Assembly (NCBI RefSeq): GCF_001194135.2
Contig: NC_068985.1
Span: 21,838,126 to 21,902,125, forward strand
Length of the DNA stretch: 64,000 nucleotides
Direction of reading: 5' to 3'
DNA from: Octopus bimaculoides
Lineage: Eukaryota
The notes beneath the pieces are model-generated. The model saw only the letters and a program-made list of their open reading frames with translations, did no database searches and was not told where the DNA came from. The translations under genes and the position numbers were made by a program. Positions 27,330-39,845 of the stretch are shown piece after piece (within the stretch, counting starts at the first letter, position 1; the number at the start of each line of letters is the position of its first letter).

Positions 27330-27555
27330 GAGAACAAAGTATTTATTAAGTGTGGATTTCCTAAAATGCTCCCAACTTTATTATTATTGTTAAGCATCCA
27401 TCTCTATGTTCTGAGGTCAAATTCTGTCAAGGTTGACTTTACCTTTCATCCTTTTGGGGTTGATAAATTAAGCACCAGTGAAACACTGGGGTTGATATAA
27501 TCGACTAGTCCCCTCTCCCTAAATTTCAGGCCTTGTGCCTTTAGTAGAAAGGATT
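27330..27555 (+). mobile_element. Family B SINE
   Basis: Central block tttacctttcatccttttggggttgataaattaagcaccagt...cactggggttgatataatcgact. Confidence 0.75.
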
Positions 27556-28112
27556 ATTGAGTGAGAGAGCAATGCATGCCGTCAAAGTGACCCTGGGGTA
27601 CAAATATATTGAAGCCCAGTATACCGATCATGAATACCCATCTGATAAGGGTACACCAGGCACATGAATCAAAACTATATGTGCATGATATGGTGATCTC
27701 ATATCAAGATAAACAGCACATAACTTTGCAGGTGAGGCTCAGTTAAAATTTTCTTCAGGTTGAATAGCCCATCTCCCTCAAAAGGTCTCTGCATAAGGTT
27801 TGTTTAAGGATGATGAACAAAACACCCATGTTTCCAGAGGTGAATCATTCAAACCCCAAAGAATATCTCAGGACACATGGCTGTGATGCTCCCCAACTAC
27901 TTCTGCTCGTGATCAGAGATGCACAAATCATCAGCCACTAAAGGACATGTTCAACTGGTTATGGTCAAACAACTGACAAGCAAATCTGTGGTATTTAGCA
28001 GAATATTTGTTGTAGCCCATCTTTATACCAAGACAAAACATTGTACATGGTAAGACTTCTGATCAGTTAAGATCAGAAGCCATGAGAGCCAGTGCCTGGT
28101 ATTGCATCAGGG

Positions 28113-28163
<51 letters not shown>

Positions 28164-28280
28164 GATTATTTGCATTTTACTTCTCAGAGCTATTGATTTT
28201 ATTTGCTCCAGTAAATTCTGTAAGAGCAGACAGCAACTTGTTGTCAAATGTCTCAAAGGGTTATTATTATTATTATTATT

Positions 28281-28845
28281 ATTTTGGTTTGGCTCAGGTT
28301 TGATCTTATTCTTGGTAGGATTTATGTGGGTAGTGGGTTACTACCCGTAACCTTAGGTATTCACAAGTTTTCAGCTGTCTTTCAAGAGCTTAGCACTCTC
28401 CTGATAATCCTTGCTGTTCCTAAGAGACAAACTTTGTGTAGGAGCTCTACCGGGCATTCTATTTCAATCTTCAGCCATTTGTCTATATCTTGGCTTACTG
28501 TTCTCAATGAACCAATTATTATAGGCACAACCTTTATTATTCATATGCTCCAAATTTTTCCTATTTCAAATTTTAGGACATTGTATTTCCTTTGTTTTTC
28601 TTCCTCTTTTATCATGATCCTGGAATCAAACAGGCATGATGGGTTGGTAAGTAAGCAACTTCGCTTTTCCTTATCAATAATTGTTATATCTGGTCTATTA
28701 TTATCTAACTTCTTGTCAGTTTGAATAGGAAAGTCCCACAAAATCCAACATTTCTCTGACTTGATGATTGTACCATGTGTTTCCAGCTTCAAATCCCCAT
28801 TTCTGGCACAGTTTCTAGTGTAAAACTTTTACAACCTGGTCATGC
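28281..28845 (-). mobile_element. Restriction-like-endonuclease (R4/Dong-like) non-LTR retrotransposon 3' fragment
   Basis: ILWDFPIQTDKKLDNNRPDITIIDKEKRSCLL...KEEEKQRKY..LK.EI, then VVPIIIGSL...LLGTARIIRRVL*; 3' end runs into (TAA)n. Confidence 0.85.
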
Positions 28846-28924
28846 CTCTATTTCTTATATTCTTCCTGTTGTTACTATTGTTGTTGTTGTTGTTATTATT
28901 GTATTAAAACTCACAGCTTATATT

Positions 28925-29142
28925 ACTGGGTATGATGAAAAGTGTCAGCTGTCCACAGCCAGCAGAATAAGGTGACACTTGTTTTACTGGTCATGCTTGA
29001 AGAACTCTGCGAAGAATTCTTGCAGTTCCAGGCAATGCTGATTTTTGTATGTGTTCTATCTTCACACTTGCACCAATCTTTTTCAGCCATGTTGGTAGCT
29101 GAGTACTGATACTTCCAAGTGCACCAATTACTATTGGTATCA

Positions 29143-29145
<3 letters not shown>
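28925..29145 (-). mobile_element. Second, shorter R4/Dong-like 3' fragment
   Basis: VIPIVIGALGSISTQLPTWLKKIGASVKIEHIQKSALPGTARILRRVLQA*; abuts (ATT)n at 29145-29222. Confidence 0.8.
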
Positions 29146-29179
<34 letters not shown>

Positions 29180-29183
29180 GTTA

Positions 29184-29238
<55 letters not shown>

Positions 29239-29769
29239 CTTATTTTTTGTAATACAGTTTTCAAGCTTTTGTTTTAAACAGCTAACATTCAAGATCTGAC
29301 AAAAATGTTTTTGGCAGATAACAACACTTTATCTCTGAACACTTGGATTATTTTATTTTTCAGTCTTATATTTGATAAAGCGATGATTTCCCTGAAATAT
29401 AATAGAAGCATTAAACAACCTATGTAGGGTAATACATCTTGTTTTTATTTTTATTGGCATCACCTCACATATTTTGCCTAACTTTTCCTTTGTGATCCTC
29501 AAAGGTCATCTTAAAAATATTTCATAAAAGAAAATTTTAAATTTTCAGGAAGTGAAAAACACATTCTAAATGCTCCATTCGGTATTTCATATGTAATTTT
29601 ATGGAACTTTATAGTATGAATTTCTATCTAGGTAAAAGATAAAGTGCTTCAATGCTCTCAATGTCAATTTTATTTTCTGATCACTTCATACTTACAATTA
29701 TGAGCAAAATTTTGCCGCATTTAGTTGGACATTCAACAATATGATTTCTGATGAGGGCATACTTATGAA

Positions 29770-29990
29770 ATATTGATTTCAAATTTTAGCACAAGGTCAG
29801 CTCTTTCAGGGAGGGGTTAAGTTAATTACATTGCCCCCAATGTTCAACTGGTACTTATTTTATTGAACCCAAAAAGGATGACAGGCAAATTTGATGCTGG
29901 TGGCATTTGAACTCAGAACATGAAGATGGATGAAATGCCACTACGCATTTGCCCAGCTTGCTAATGATTCCATCAGCTTGCCACCTTATA
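29770..29990 (-). mobile_element. Family B SINE
   Basis: Reverse complement of the family B core (caactggtacttattttattgaacccaaaaaggatgacaggcaaa). Confidence 0.75.
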
Positions 29991-30044
29991 CTTATGGAAT
30001 TTTAAGAACATTAATGTATTATCACTATCATAGAAAAATAAAAC

Positions 30045-30398
30045 AGGAGTGGCTGTGTGGTAAGTAGCTTGCTTACCAGCCACATGGTTCCAGGTTCAGT
30101 CCCACTGCGTGGCATCTTAGCCTTGGGCCAACCAAAGCCTTGTGAGTGGATTTGGTAGACAGAAACTGAAAGAAGCCCGTCATATACATGTATATATATG
30201 TATATCGTTTGTGTGTCTGTGTTTGTCCCCCTAGCATTGCTTGACAACCGATGCTGGTGTGTTTATGTCAACATCACTTAGCGGTTCAGCAAAAGAATAA
30301 GTACTAGGCTTACAAAGAATAAGTTCCGGGGTCGGTTTGCTCGACTAAAGGCAGTGCTCCAACATGGCCGCAGTCAAATGACTGAAACAAGTAAAGAG
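30045..30398 (+). mobile_element. Near full-length family A SINE, tail type 1
   Basis: Matches 7695-8124 in head and tail. Confidence 0.85.
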
Positions 30399-30952
30399 TA
30401 GTGATCTTTTCTCTTCATTACACACCAGTTAGCTTGGACGATAGATATAACTTATTTCTGGTCATGCAATATAGCCACACATAGTCCACATATAGAGGGG
30501 AAAAGATGGGTAACATTTACTTCTCATGTATAATGAAATCTCCTAAAATTTAAGTTTAAAATTTTGGAGGGAAAATGCATATATACACAAATGAATATGG
30601 CATAAAAAATTTCTATTAAAAAAAAAATTAATAGCCAAAATTATGACTTCTACAAATTATAATGATTTATAAAGCTGATGTTTATCTGAATCTAAAATTA
30701 ATCAGGACAGTTGTTCTTTGGATAAGATGTTGATCTATTGCAGGTTAACTATCTGATGAACAGTAATGGGTAAACAGAATGAGCAATCAAAGAGTACAAT
30801 TATACCATCAGCATTACTATATGAATTCATGTACACCATTTACTCTTCTTTTCTAACTTTTTCATAATGATAATAGAAAAAAAGTTACAAAATTCCTCAA
30901 TGAGAAAATAAAAAAGATAAAATGTAAGATGGGAAAAATCAACCAATATTAC

Positions 30953-31043
30953 CTGGGAGTATCCCACCGGGCTGTTGGAATTAAATGTTGATTGGGGTTA
31001 AAGATTCCACAATCCAAAAAGGGAGGCCGTATACTCACATCAG
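30953..31043 (-). CDS. Coding exon F (ADVSIRPPFLDCGIFNPNQHLIPTARWDTPR)
   Basis: Acceptor tttatttttttag|, donor CAG|gtaata; 91 nt, phase 1-2. Confidence 0.88.
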
Positions 31044-31360
31044 CTAAAAAAATAAATGTTTATTTTATAGAAAATTGCTAATATATAAATGAAAATGATT
31101 TCGGTAACCATTGATCTAAAAAATATATGAATAATGAATATCTCATTTTAAATTACATAATGTATGACTGAAGTATTTTTTAAGGTTAAAAATATAGGAA
31201 ATAATAATTTTTGTTTTTGATATTTAATATTGCTTCCTTGAATAAACTTAAAATAGGAAATATCTTTCTCAAATTTAATATACCATACAAAAAATATTTT
31301 AATTCTAATTCAATAAAATGTGGCAATAAAAAGATTTTCAAAATCAAAATCATTTCAGAC

Positions 31361-31457
31361 CAGCAGGAATGTGCATTTGGGTGATTTCATCCAAGTCATC
31401 ATGAAACTCAGCATATTTAAGCATGTCTGTATATCGTTCAAAGTTGAGGTGTTCCAC
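31361..31457 (-). CDS. Coding exon E (VEHLNFERYTDMLKYAEFHDDLDEITQMHIPA)
   Basis: Acceptor gtcttttcacag|; donor G|gtctga is weak but is the only phase-1 GT before an in-frame TGA; 97 nt, phase 0-1. Confidence 0.82.
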
Positions 31458-32091
31458 CTGTGAAAAGACCGGATTTAAGTTTTGTGATTCAGGAAGTATT
31501 AGAAATGGTAGACACAGAGGATATGTACAAATCTATCCAAATATTTGAAAACCCATTTATAGTTAAAAGGAAAATGCAGGGCTGCTAAAACGACAGGGAG
31601 GGATTGCTTGAGTAGATAACTTCATATTCTTCACATCAATTCTTGCACTTTAGTACTTATTTTATAGATGTTATAAGGGATGAAAGGCAAAGTCAATTTT
31701 GGTTAGAGGTAAGACTATTACTCATAAGCAAGTACGATTTTGGTAACATGTACCATGTTTTTATGAATTATTTTAAGTGTCTTTGCACTCATGAGCAGAG
31801 ATGGACATCCTTCCAGCCTTCTCACTCTCAAATATTGAAGATGTGAAAGCTGGTGGAAAAGAGCTGCACCACGTCTAGGCTATTACTCATTTATTTAAAG
31901 TTGAGTAGACTGCAGTAACGTGAAATGATGTACCTTGCTTAAGGACACAAGGCACAACTCAACCCAGGGATCAAATTTACAGGCTTATAATCTTGAATCC
32001 CAAACACTAGGCTACATGTCTGCACAATATGTAAGGGTGAGTAATTAAATATAATATAGTACTTTTGTTTGATGCACCAATTCTTGCTCTT

Positions 32092-32122
<31 letters not shown>

Positions 32123-32589
32123 TGACAGACTTTCACAGTTTCTGTCTACCAAATTTTGTACATAAATTTTTGGTTGACCCAAGCTCTGGTAGGAGGCACT
32201 TGCTTGACATGCCATGCAATGGGATCACTGCAGGAACCAGATGGTTTCAAATTGAACTTCTTACACACACAGCCAAGCCTACATCCATATATGCAATAAT
32301 TTATATTTATCTTCATTCAGCTGAGCAACTACAAATTTATGATCAATTCTATCGCACCAATATTATATATCTTAACAATCCAATAGTGAAATTCTATGAT
32401 TATAACTTTGGAAATACTGTAACCAGTCACTTGTAAATCTTGCAGTAGTCAGTGCAGTCTTGTATTTCTGCCAAATCTTGTTGATGTGGTAAATTAAAAT
32501 AGGTCAAACAGTTTAGATATCAAAAATAAGTTAGGATGATCTGTGACTCTTAAGATTTTTAATCAATCTGTTTTCCTGCATATAATATT

Positions 32590-32840
32590 CTACCCCTGAC
32601 TGGCACCCTCTGAATGTGGTTGATGCCAGAGCCGCCTGACTCGCTCCCATGCCGGTGACACGTAAAAAGCACCCACTACACTCTTGGAGTGGTTGGCGTT
32701 AGGAAGGGCATCCAGATGTAGAAACCTTGCCAGATCAGATTGGAGCCTGGCACAGCCTACTGGCTTGCCAGTCCCCCAGTCAAACTGTCCAAACCATGCC
32801 AGCATGGAAAATGGACATTAAACGATGATGATGATGATGA
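32590..32840 (+). mobile_element. RTE-type 3' tail
   Basis: gacacgtaaaaagcacccactacactc...gttaggaagggcatccag...gacattaaacgatgatgat. Confidence 0.8.
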
Positions 32841-33227
32841 GTCTTTTTTTCTAGTTTCAGCCTTTAGATAAAAGCCATACTGAGAAGCCAGCTTCAAGAA
32901 TTCTAGTATAGTATATTGCCTTGACCCCTGCACACACCCTGTACATTGTTTGAATGCCTAAGTCAACCTACTCAAACACACACACTTGCCACAATTCTTA
33001 TCTACTATATGTATATGGATATATATACATGTATATGTGTGTGTGTATCGANNNNNNNNNNTGATATATATATATATATTGTGTACATATATATATGTAT
33101 ATATATATCTAGTAGCTAAAAATCATATATATCCATACATATAGTTCTATCATATATAGCTTTTAAGAAATGCAAGGATATATTGAAGCAAATGTAAAGT
33201 TGTAAGGCATCAACTAGTTAACAAAAG

Positions 33228-33265
<38 letters not shown>

Positions 33266-33874
33266 TGGTCACAACACACAAAATGGCCTGCCAGTAACAA
33301 TACATTTTCCAAATCCTTTGATATTTTCTTTCTTTTATTCGTAATGGGGAATTTTTCTCAAAATGTTATCGGATCATTAAACAACCTTGTAAGGTAATAC
33401 AAATATCTTTTCTCTTTGTTTCCATTTATTGCCATCATCTTTCATCTAACATATTTCATCTAAATCCTCACATGCATTGCTCAAAGGTTTTTTTTTCAAA
33501 CATCTCTTTTGCAGACATTGCAATGTTTTAAGCAAATTCCAATGTTCCTTCATACCCATATATATATATGTAAGTACATGATATGCTTTTGCACAGTTCC
33601 TGTTCAAATTTCACTGACAAGGCAACCTGAGGCTTTAGCAGAAAACACTTGTCTGTAGCACTACACAGTGGGATCAAATCGCATGGTTGCAAAGCAACTT
33701 CTGAAGCACACTGCCATACCTGGGAATATATGTATAGGCACAAGCCTGGGTGAGTGGTATGAAGGTTGCTTCCCAATTGCAAATTCTTGGTTTAGTTCCA
33801 AATCAAAGCCATGTGAGTGGATTCAGTAGATGGCTACTGAAAAACACTTGATATACATATATATATACATACAT

Positions 33875-33908
<34 letters not shown>

Positions 33909-33949
33909 GGGGAGAATTCATCATCGTTTGTATGTATATTTCCTTTATT

Positions 33950-34306
33950 TTTCTTTTCTTTTACCTGTTTCAGTCATTTGACTGCGGCCATGCTGGAGTA
34001 CCACCTTTAATCAAGCAAATCGACCCAGGACTTATTCTTTGTAAGCCTAGTACTTATTATATTGGTTTCTTTTGCCNNNNNNNNNNNNNNNNNNNNNNNN
34101 NNNNNNNNNNNNNNNNNNNNNNNNNNNNNNNNNNNNNNNNNNNNNNNNNNNNNNNNNNNNNNNNNNNNNNNNNNNNNNNNNNNNNNNNNNNNNNNNNNNN
34201 NNNNNNNNNNNNNNNNNNNNNNNNNNNNNNNNNNNNNNNNNNNNNNNNNNNNNNNNNNNNNNNNNNNNNNNNNNNNNNNNNNNNNNNNNNNNNNNNNNNN
34301 NATACA

Positions 34307-34341
<35 letters not shown>

Positions 34342-34523
34342 TAATGTATATATATATATACGACCGGCTTCTTTCAGTTTCCGTCTACCAAATATCCACT
34401 CATAAGGCTTCAGTCGGCCCAAGGATATAGTAAAAGACACTTGCTCAAGGTGCCATGCAGTGGGACTCAACCCAGAACCATGTGGTTGGGAAGCAAGCTT
34501 CTTACCACACAGCCACTCCTGCA

Positions 34524-34525
<2 letters not shown>
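33950..34525 (-). mobile_element. Family A SINE, tail type 1, spanning an N gap
   Basis: Tail cctgtttcagtcatttgactgcggccatgctgg; head ...cttaccacacagccactcctgca. Confidence 0.8.
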
Positions 34526-34569
<44 letters not shown>

Positions 34570-34641
34570 GCCCCTCAGCTTACTAGTCCTGGTCAAACTG
34601 TCTAACCCATACCAGCATGGACAACATGATGAGCATGATGA

Positions 34642-34678
<37 letters not shown>

Positions 34679-35389
34679 CATATTGCAACAAATCTAACAG
34701 TGTATATTTTCATACTTAGGGGCATGATGTTGAGCAGTCATTGTTCTTTATAGTATCAACTGTCAGGAAGTACGATAACAACAACAACAACAACAACAAT
34801 AATACTTATTATTATTATAATACTTGGAACAATGCATGTGATGAAGAAAGTGTTGCATCTCTAAGGAAAAAAGCTGGAGCTGAGACATAGATAACCCAGT
34901 AGAACATCAAAACTGGAGAGAGTTATGATAATGTAATAGAAATAATAATAATAATAATAATAATACCTCATTAGAGAAAAGTATGTAAAGCAAAGTGTTT
35001 TATCTATGGGCGTAATCACTGCCTATTTGGAAGAGTGTGATGTTTATAGTGTTTTGTGTGAAACAAAGACATTTATCAAAATAATACTTTATTCTGTGAC
35101 AACAGAAAAGGATAGTTTGATAAATTACTATCTCTCACACACACATGCACCTTCCTCTCTCTTGTCCTCTCTCTTTCTCTCACATACTTGCATATGTGTT
35201 ATTTGAGCTCCAGTAGCAAACTAGGTTGTCTTGAATTTCTAAGTCTCAGTTTAAAGTGGACCAGGAGAAGTGTAAACCTTACTCAATATTTGAACAGGTA
35301 AGATGAATTAATCAGCTCAATTCAATACCTGAGTATTTCTCATTGAATGCAGTGGAGGTGTTTTCTATTTATCTTCTAACTTCAGTCAG

Positions 35390-35583
35390 TGAACTGTGGT
35401 CATGCTGGGGCACTGCCTTAAAGGGTTTTGACTGAACAAATCAACACCCTGTACTTATTTTCTTTTAAAGTCTGGTATTTATTGTATGAATCACTTTTAC
35501 TGAACTGCTAAGTTACAGGGACATAAACAAAGCAACACTGGTTGTTAAGAGGTGAGGGGGCAAAGACAAATACAAAAGTACAT

Positions 35584-35636
<53 letters not shown>

Positions 35637-36013
35637 CATACACACACACAATTACACACTGGGCTTTCTTTCAGTGTCTGTCTACCAAATCCACTCAAAA
35701 AGCTTTGAACTTGAAACCATATGGTTGGGAAGCAAACTTTTTACCATACAGCCATACCTGCACCGATAAGAAGTAAAAATGTTATAAAACACTGTTCAGG
35801 ATTGTAATTTGATATTTTTCTGCTTTGGTGCTGGTGCTTCTCTGTACAATCTGTAAAGTGGTTGACTTTAAGAAGGGCATCAGGATGTAGAAACCATGCC
35901 AGAACAGACAATGGAGCCTAGTGCAGCCTCCAGCCTTACCAGCCCCTATCAAACTATCCAACTCATGCCAGCATGGAAAATAGACATTAAATGATTATGA
36001 TGATGATGATGAT
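35390..36013. mobile_element. Family A SINE (minus, 35390-35762) followed by an RTE-type tail (plus, 35825-36013)
   Basis: Diagnostic motifs as above; the second element ends 33 nt from the exon D donor. Confidence 0.7.
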
Positions 36014-36045
36014 TAATCAGATAATTTATTCTTCTATAGTCTTAC

Positions 36046-36131
36046 CTTTAGTTCAAAATGGTTATCAGTTTCTTCTAAAGGAACCAGGAAATTTTTGGAA
36101 AAAATTTCTGTGAGTTTCTTGCAAGCTAAAC
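36046..36131 (-). CDS. Coding exon D (GLACKKLTEIFSKNFLVPLEETDNHFELK)
   Basis: Acceptor ctatttatcag|, donor AAG|gtaaga; 86 nt, phase 1-0, open. Confidence 0.88.
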
Positions 36132-36454
36132 CTGATAAATAGGATCAAATATAAAAAAAAAAGTGTTCACACAAAGATTTAAAAAAACAACCTAGTAATT
36201 CTTTTTATCTATATGACAAATGTATGATAAAAGATAGCTTCCTTGCTTCAGATTGATTTCACATAAGAAAAATGTCTTACTAATGTAAAGCTTTGTTAGT
36301 ATGATGGGTATAAAGATCTGAGAAACATTGTTAGTATGTTAAGCATATGAAGCAGTGGATATTGGTTAATATCCCTAAAAAAAAGTTGAGCTTAATATCA
36401 ATATTGGGGTTATATGGTATACTTTATTATAATGTTATATTATAATATATAACA

Positions 36455-36880
36455 TTGATTTCAAATTTTGGCACAAGGCCAACAATTTCAGGGACGGAGA
36501 TAAGTCAATTACATCAATCTCAGTGTTCAACTGGTACTTATTTTATCAACTCCAGTGGAATTTGAATTCAGAATGTAAAGACAGACGAAATACTGCTAAG
36601 CATTTTGTCTGGCATGCTAACAATTCTACTGCCACCTTGAACTATAAGTAATATTATAATATTGGTTTCAAATTTTGGCACAATGCCAGCAATTTTAGGG
36701 GGGAGGTAAGTTGAGACCATTGACCCCAGTGTTCAACTGGTACTTATATTATTGACCCTAAAAGGATGAAGGCAAAGTCAATCTCAACAGAATTTGAACT
36801 CAGAATGTAAGGACAGGTGAAATGTTGTTAAGCATTTTGCCTGACATGCTAACAATTCTGCTAGCTTGCTGTCTTGAACT
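36455..36880 (-). mobile_element. Two tandem family B SINEs
   Basis: Two successive ttcaaattttggcacaa...caactggtactta...gaatttgaa[tc]tcagaatgtaa blocks. Confidence 0.8.
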
Positions 36881-36920
36881 GTATATAATATAATGTTATT
36901 ACATATAATATTATTTATTT

Positions 36921-37469
36921 ATGCGCCCTTTTAAAGCCTAGCCAGGCTCATGGGCCCGGTTTTCCGGTTTCTATGGCGTATACGTTCCCCCCCCCCAGCT
37001 GGACAGGACGCCAATCCATCGCAGCTTTACTCAAGAAACAGGAAGAAAGAGTGAGAGAAAGTTGGGGCAAAGGAGTACAACAGGGGTTGCCACCACCCCC
37101 TGCCGGAGCCTCGTGGAGCCTTAGGTGTTTTTGCTCAATAAACACACACAATGCCAGGTCTGGGAATCAAAACCGCGATCCTCTGACCGCAAGTACGCTG
37201 CCCTAACCACTGGGCCATTGCGCCTCCATTGTACCCTTTTAAAGCCTAGCCAGACTCATGGGCCCAGTTTCCTGGTTTCAGTGGTGTATGTGTTCCCCAG
37301 CTGGACAGGACGCCAGTCCATCGTAGCGTTACTCATTTTTGCCAGCTGAGTGGACTGGAGCAATGTGAAATGAAGCTAAAGAACACAATGCGTCGCCTGG
37401 TCCAGAAATCGAAACCACAATCTTGCGATCATGATGCTGACACCCTAACCACTAAGCCACGTGCCTCCA
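36921..37469 (-). mobile_element. Two tandem tRNA-derived family C SINEs with different heads and a shared tail
   Basis: Elements at 36921-37228 and 37234-37469; box A-like TGGCCCAGTGG and TGGCTTAGTGG on minus; both end ...cccatgag.ctggctaggctttaaaaggg. Confidence 0.8.
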
Positions 37470-38543
37470 CATTATATATAATATACAATATTACAATATA
37501 AACAATTGTGTCCTATTTTTTCTTTCGAATACATTTAATATCAATTCAGTAAGAGTTTAGTTAACTAATATTCAATCATTTTCAAAGTGCTGCAATCATA
37601 TAGAGAGTGAACTAAGCACATAATTTAGGATTAATTTTCCATAAATCCTACACTTTAGTTTTAATATTGTTTCCAGAATTAAAGCTGACATTGAGAAACA
37701 CTGATTTCCTTGCATTTCTTTTGACTTTTCAATGAACCATCAACAACACAGTCTGATTTTAAACCATTATCTCCATCAGTTCGCAACAGCCAGAGTAGTA
37801 GATTATGAATGGATGAAGGAAGTTAGAACATAAGTCAACTGGTTTTAATGATGATAAAATTAAACCTGACAGCTTAATAGTTGCTCTTCTTTGATGAAAA
37901 CTATTATACATGAATGATTGAATCAAAAAGATCTGCTCAATGAACTCTTTTCCGCTTGATTAAATGGTTGTTGGTTAGTGATGGTAACCTTTATACTTAT
38001 CTTTATTATAACTTTTTAAAACCTGAATTTAATTCAGTTTATATCTATATGTGTGTGTGTGTGTGTAACAGACACATTATGAAGTTCTTTAGAATGATTG
38101 CATGGAATCAGTGGTTGACACTTTCATGTGGATAGTTGGTCTCAACAACAACGGTGAATATTATAAATAGAGCTCATGGACTGTTGATGAGATTTTAAAC
38201 CTGAATTTTGTAGAAGTGAGAGGTGAGGTAAGAACATTCAAATAACACCTATATATATAGTATACTATTCTGTGAAGGTAAGGTCAACAAAAAAAGTACT
38301 CCATCAGAATAGCCTGTAGCTTGCATAAAGGCACCAGATGTTTTATAAAATGCTGTCCGTGTTGTTTTCCTCACATGAAACTATTATAGTTCATAAAAAT
38401 ATATATTATGTTCATTAAATAATATATATAAATATATAAGGCAACAAACAAAGGAAAAAATTCCTTCAAAGGGGTGTTTAAAACATACAATTCACTGGTA
38501 CGTTGTTTGAATACCACATAAATATGGGTGTAATACAAATTAC

Positions 38544-38881
38544 AAACAATAAATTAAATAGAGATACAAATGACAATCCAATAATTTATTTATATTATAA
38601 TATAACATACTTTGTTGTGTCTGGAGGGAGTCATTCTTTTTTAGTGCCTTATTATTTAACACACTGTGTTAAATAATAAGGCACTAAAAGAGAATCACTC
38701 TCCCCAAATACAACAAAATATGCTTCAACACACAAACTCACATAAAGAATCTTGCAAATCAAATCCAAAAACAAAATAATATAACATAATATTATATTAT
38801 ATTCATAGAATATTATGTTATGTTATAATATCAATAACTTATTGGATTGTCATTTGTATCTCTCTATTTAATTTATTGTTT
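38544..38881. repeat. Fold-back (palindromic) structure with a 3-nt loop at 38663-38665
   Basis: agtgccttattatttaacac-act-gtgttaaataataaggcact is perfect; arms extend with mismatches to 38544 and 38881, with a ~90-bp interruption in the right arm. Confidence 0.85.
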
Positions 38882-38883
38882 AT

Positions 38884-38915
<32 letters not shown>

Positions 38916-39383
38916 TTTGTCCACATTCTGCATCAATTTTCTGTCTTTTATTCACAATATGCTTTGGATTTCCAACATAGACACAAAATCTTCACTGTTA
39001 CTGAACTTGGAGAGAAAAATAGCAATGTTGATTTGGTGAGATTTGAAATCAAAAAGTAAAGAATAGCATCTGCTGTTTAAAATTGATAAAGAATGAATGT
39101 ATTTCTCTCCTTCTTTGAAGAAGCAAAAAAGAGGAGGAGGAATAGCGAAGGGGGTTGGAGGAAGAGGGGACATGGAGGGAGAGAAGAAAAAACAACTAGG
39201 GAACTGAATAACAAAAAAAAACAGCAGTAAAAGAAGGAAAAGAACATAGAAGACAACAAAGAAAATGACGACAACATTATGTGTTATATTTCTTCTGATT
39301 GATTAAAGTTTCCTCTGTTACATGAAACCAAGAAATCAATCTCAAGTGTATCCCTTTAGGGTAACATAGTAACTGGTACTCAC

Positions 39384-39507
39384 CTTTCCAATCATTTACC
39401 TCCAGCTGTTGTTTTTCCCAGAATTCTTGCTCAGATATTGGCAAACGTCGAAGAACATGGTATGGATAGAATTCTTTTAACATTGTTGCAGCTTGGATAA
39501 TGGCTTT
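39384..39507 (-). CDS. Coding exon C (KAIIQAATMLKEFYPYHVLRRLPISEQEFWEKQQLEVNDWK)
   Basis: Acceptor ctctgtttcag|, donor AAAG|gtgagt; 124 nt, phase 0-1; overlaps ORF 39277..39483. Confidence 0.88.
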
Positions 39508-39659
39508 CTGAAACAGAGTATGTGTGTATATATGTATGTGTGTATATATGTATGTGTGTATATATATACATCTTTATATTTATATATATNNNNNNNNNNN
39601 NNNNNNNNNNNNNNNNNNNNNNNNNNNNNNNNNNNNNNNNNNNNNNNNNNNNNTATGCA

Positions 39660-39690
<31 letters not shown>

Positions 39691-39808
39691 AAACATGAAT
39701 AGGCTCAACAGACACTTGTAGTGATGCAGGGATATGTAAAAACTCTGATATATGGATTCAGCATAAATTTACTGGTAGTTACTAAATATATCATCTGTGT
39801 GTGTGTGC

Positions 39809-39845
<37 letters not shown>

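Noticed and set aside
36921-37469. tRNA genes (also the family A heads such as 7695)
   Set aside because: Only box A/B-like motifs are present, continuing into SINE bodies; no complete cloverleaf.
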